Positions 63,412 through 64,000 of a stretch of 64,000 nt of DNA are shown here, piece after piece. Both the position numbers and the translations under genes were made by a program. Each line of letters opens with the position of its first letter. Within the stretch, counting starts at the first letter, position 1. The stretch is from positions 4,526,001 to 4,590,000 of the forward strand of contig JAWMAR010000056.1 in assembly GCA_036785375.1 (NCBI GenBank). Direction: 5' to 3'. The notes below the pieces were generated by a model that saw only the letters and a program-made list of their open reading frames with translations, made no database searches and was not told the DNA's origin. Origin of the DNA: Leucoraja ocellata (Eukaryota).

Positions 63412-64000
63412 ACGGTAGGCGGCACGACTCTCGTCAGCAGCGGCCTCTGCAGCTCGTCTGCGTTTTTATTATTTTTTGTCTATGTTTTTATGTAGTTTTT
63501 GTTATTTTTTGTTGGGGTGTGTGTGTGGGGGGGTGGGGGTGGGGGTGGGAGGGAGGGGGTAACTTTTAATCTCTCCCTGCACGGGAGACCCGACCTTTTC
63601 TTTGTCGGGTCTCCGTTGTCGTTGGGGCTGCAACGAGGAGCGGCCTCCAACAGGAAGACCGGGGGCTCTGGTGCTGACGACTCACCTCACTGTCACGGAG
63701 CTGGCCGAGTCCAGAGCGGGTGGAGCGGTGGTGGAGCGCTGCTGCGGCCTGACCTCCGGAGATTCGGAGGCTGCAACTGCGGGTCTGGCGGACGGCGGCA
63801 CCGGGAGCCCGCGGGTCACTGGAGGGAGACCGCTTTTCAGGGCTCCCGCAACGGCGACTTCTCCCGTCCGAGTTGCGGGGTCGAAGAGCTCCTGGAGCGG
63901 GGCCTTACAGCACCGCCCCGTGCGGCTTGGAATGGCCGCGGGACTCTGCGAGCGCACGCCGGGGGCTCTAACATCAAGAACCTGGTGTGCGACCTTGCAT
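63412..64000 (+). mobile_element. 5' part of a GC-rich non-autonomous retroelement, running off the window
   Basis: It interrupts a V-SINE at gccaatta| and has the same head/T-tract/G-run/CpG-body layout as 29746-30600. Confidence 0.55.

Noticed and set aside
1-64000. CRISPR arrays, operons or prokaryotic defence systems
   Set aside because: The sequence is a vertebrate intron. The repeats are dispersed retroelements, not regularly spaced repeat-spacer arrays.

Overview
This is eukaryotic (vertebrate) genomic DNA, most likely from a cartilaginous fish such as a skate or ray, judged from the many HE1/V-SINE-type SINEs with CR1 tails. The only host coding sequence I can support is a 148-nt exon at 11823-11970 (+). 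It encodes MAAQAQTTASEKKEGKSSIIEGDVFTETNKKSSASAASR, which I recognise as the first coding exon of GLI2. The window is therefore the end of the preceding intron, this exon, and more than 52 kb of the next intron; I did not find the next exon. The introns are dense in mobile elements: one full-length IR/DR Tc1 transposon with an unbroken DD34E frame, two Harbinger-type MITEs, about 25 V-SINEs, many 5'-truncated CR1 and Rex1/Babar LINE ends, internally deleted RTE elements, long GC-rich non-autonomous retroelements, and about 15 short Penelope-derived repeats carrying minimal hammerhead-ribozyme motifs, often as foldback pairs. Repeat-free, motif-rich blocks between them are candidate intronic enhancers. 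Nearly all ORFs in the supplied track are repeat-derived or spurious. Repeat boundaries were read by eye and are approximate unless a target-site duplication (TSD) is given. Family names and cross-species similarities come from recall and were not checked by search. I found no clearly new protein system; the best leads are RNA-level or retroelement-level.
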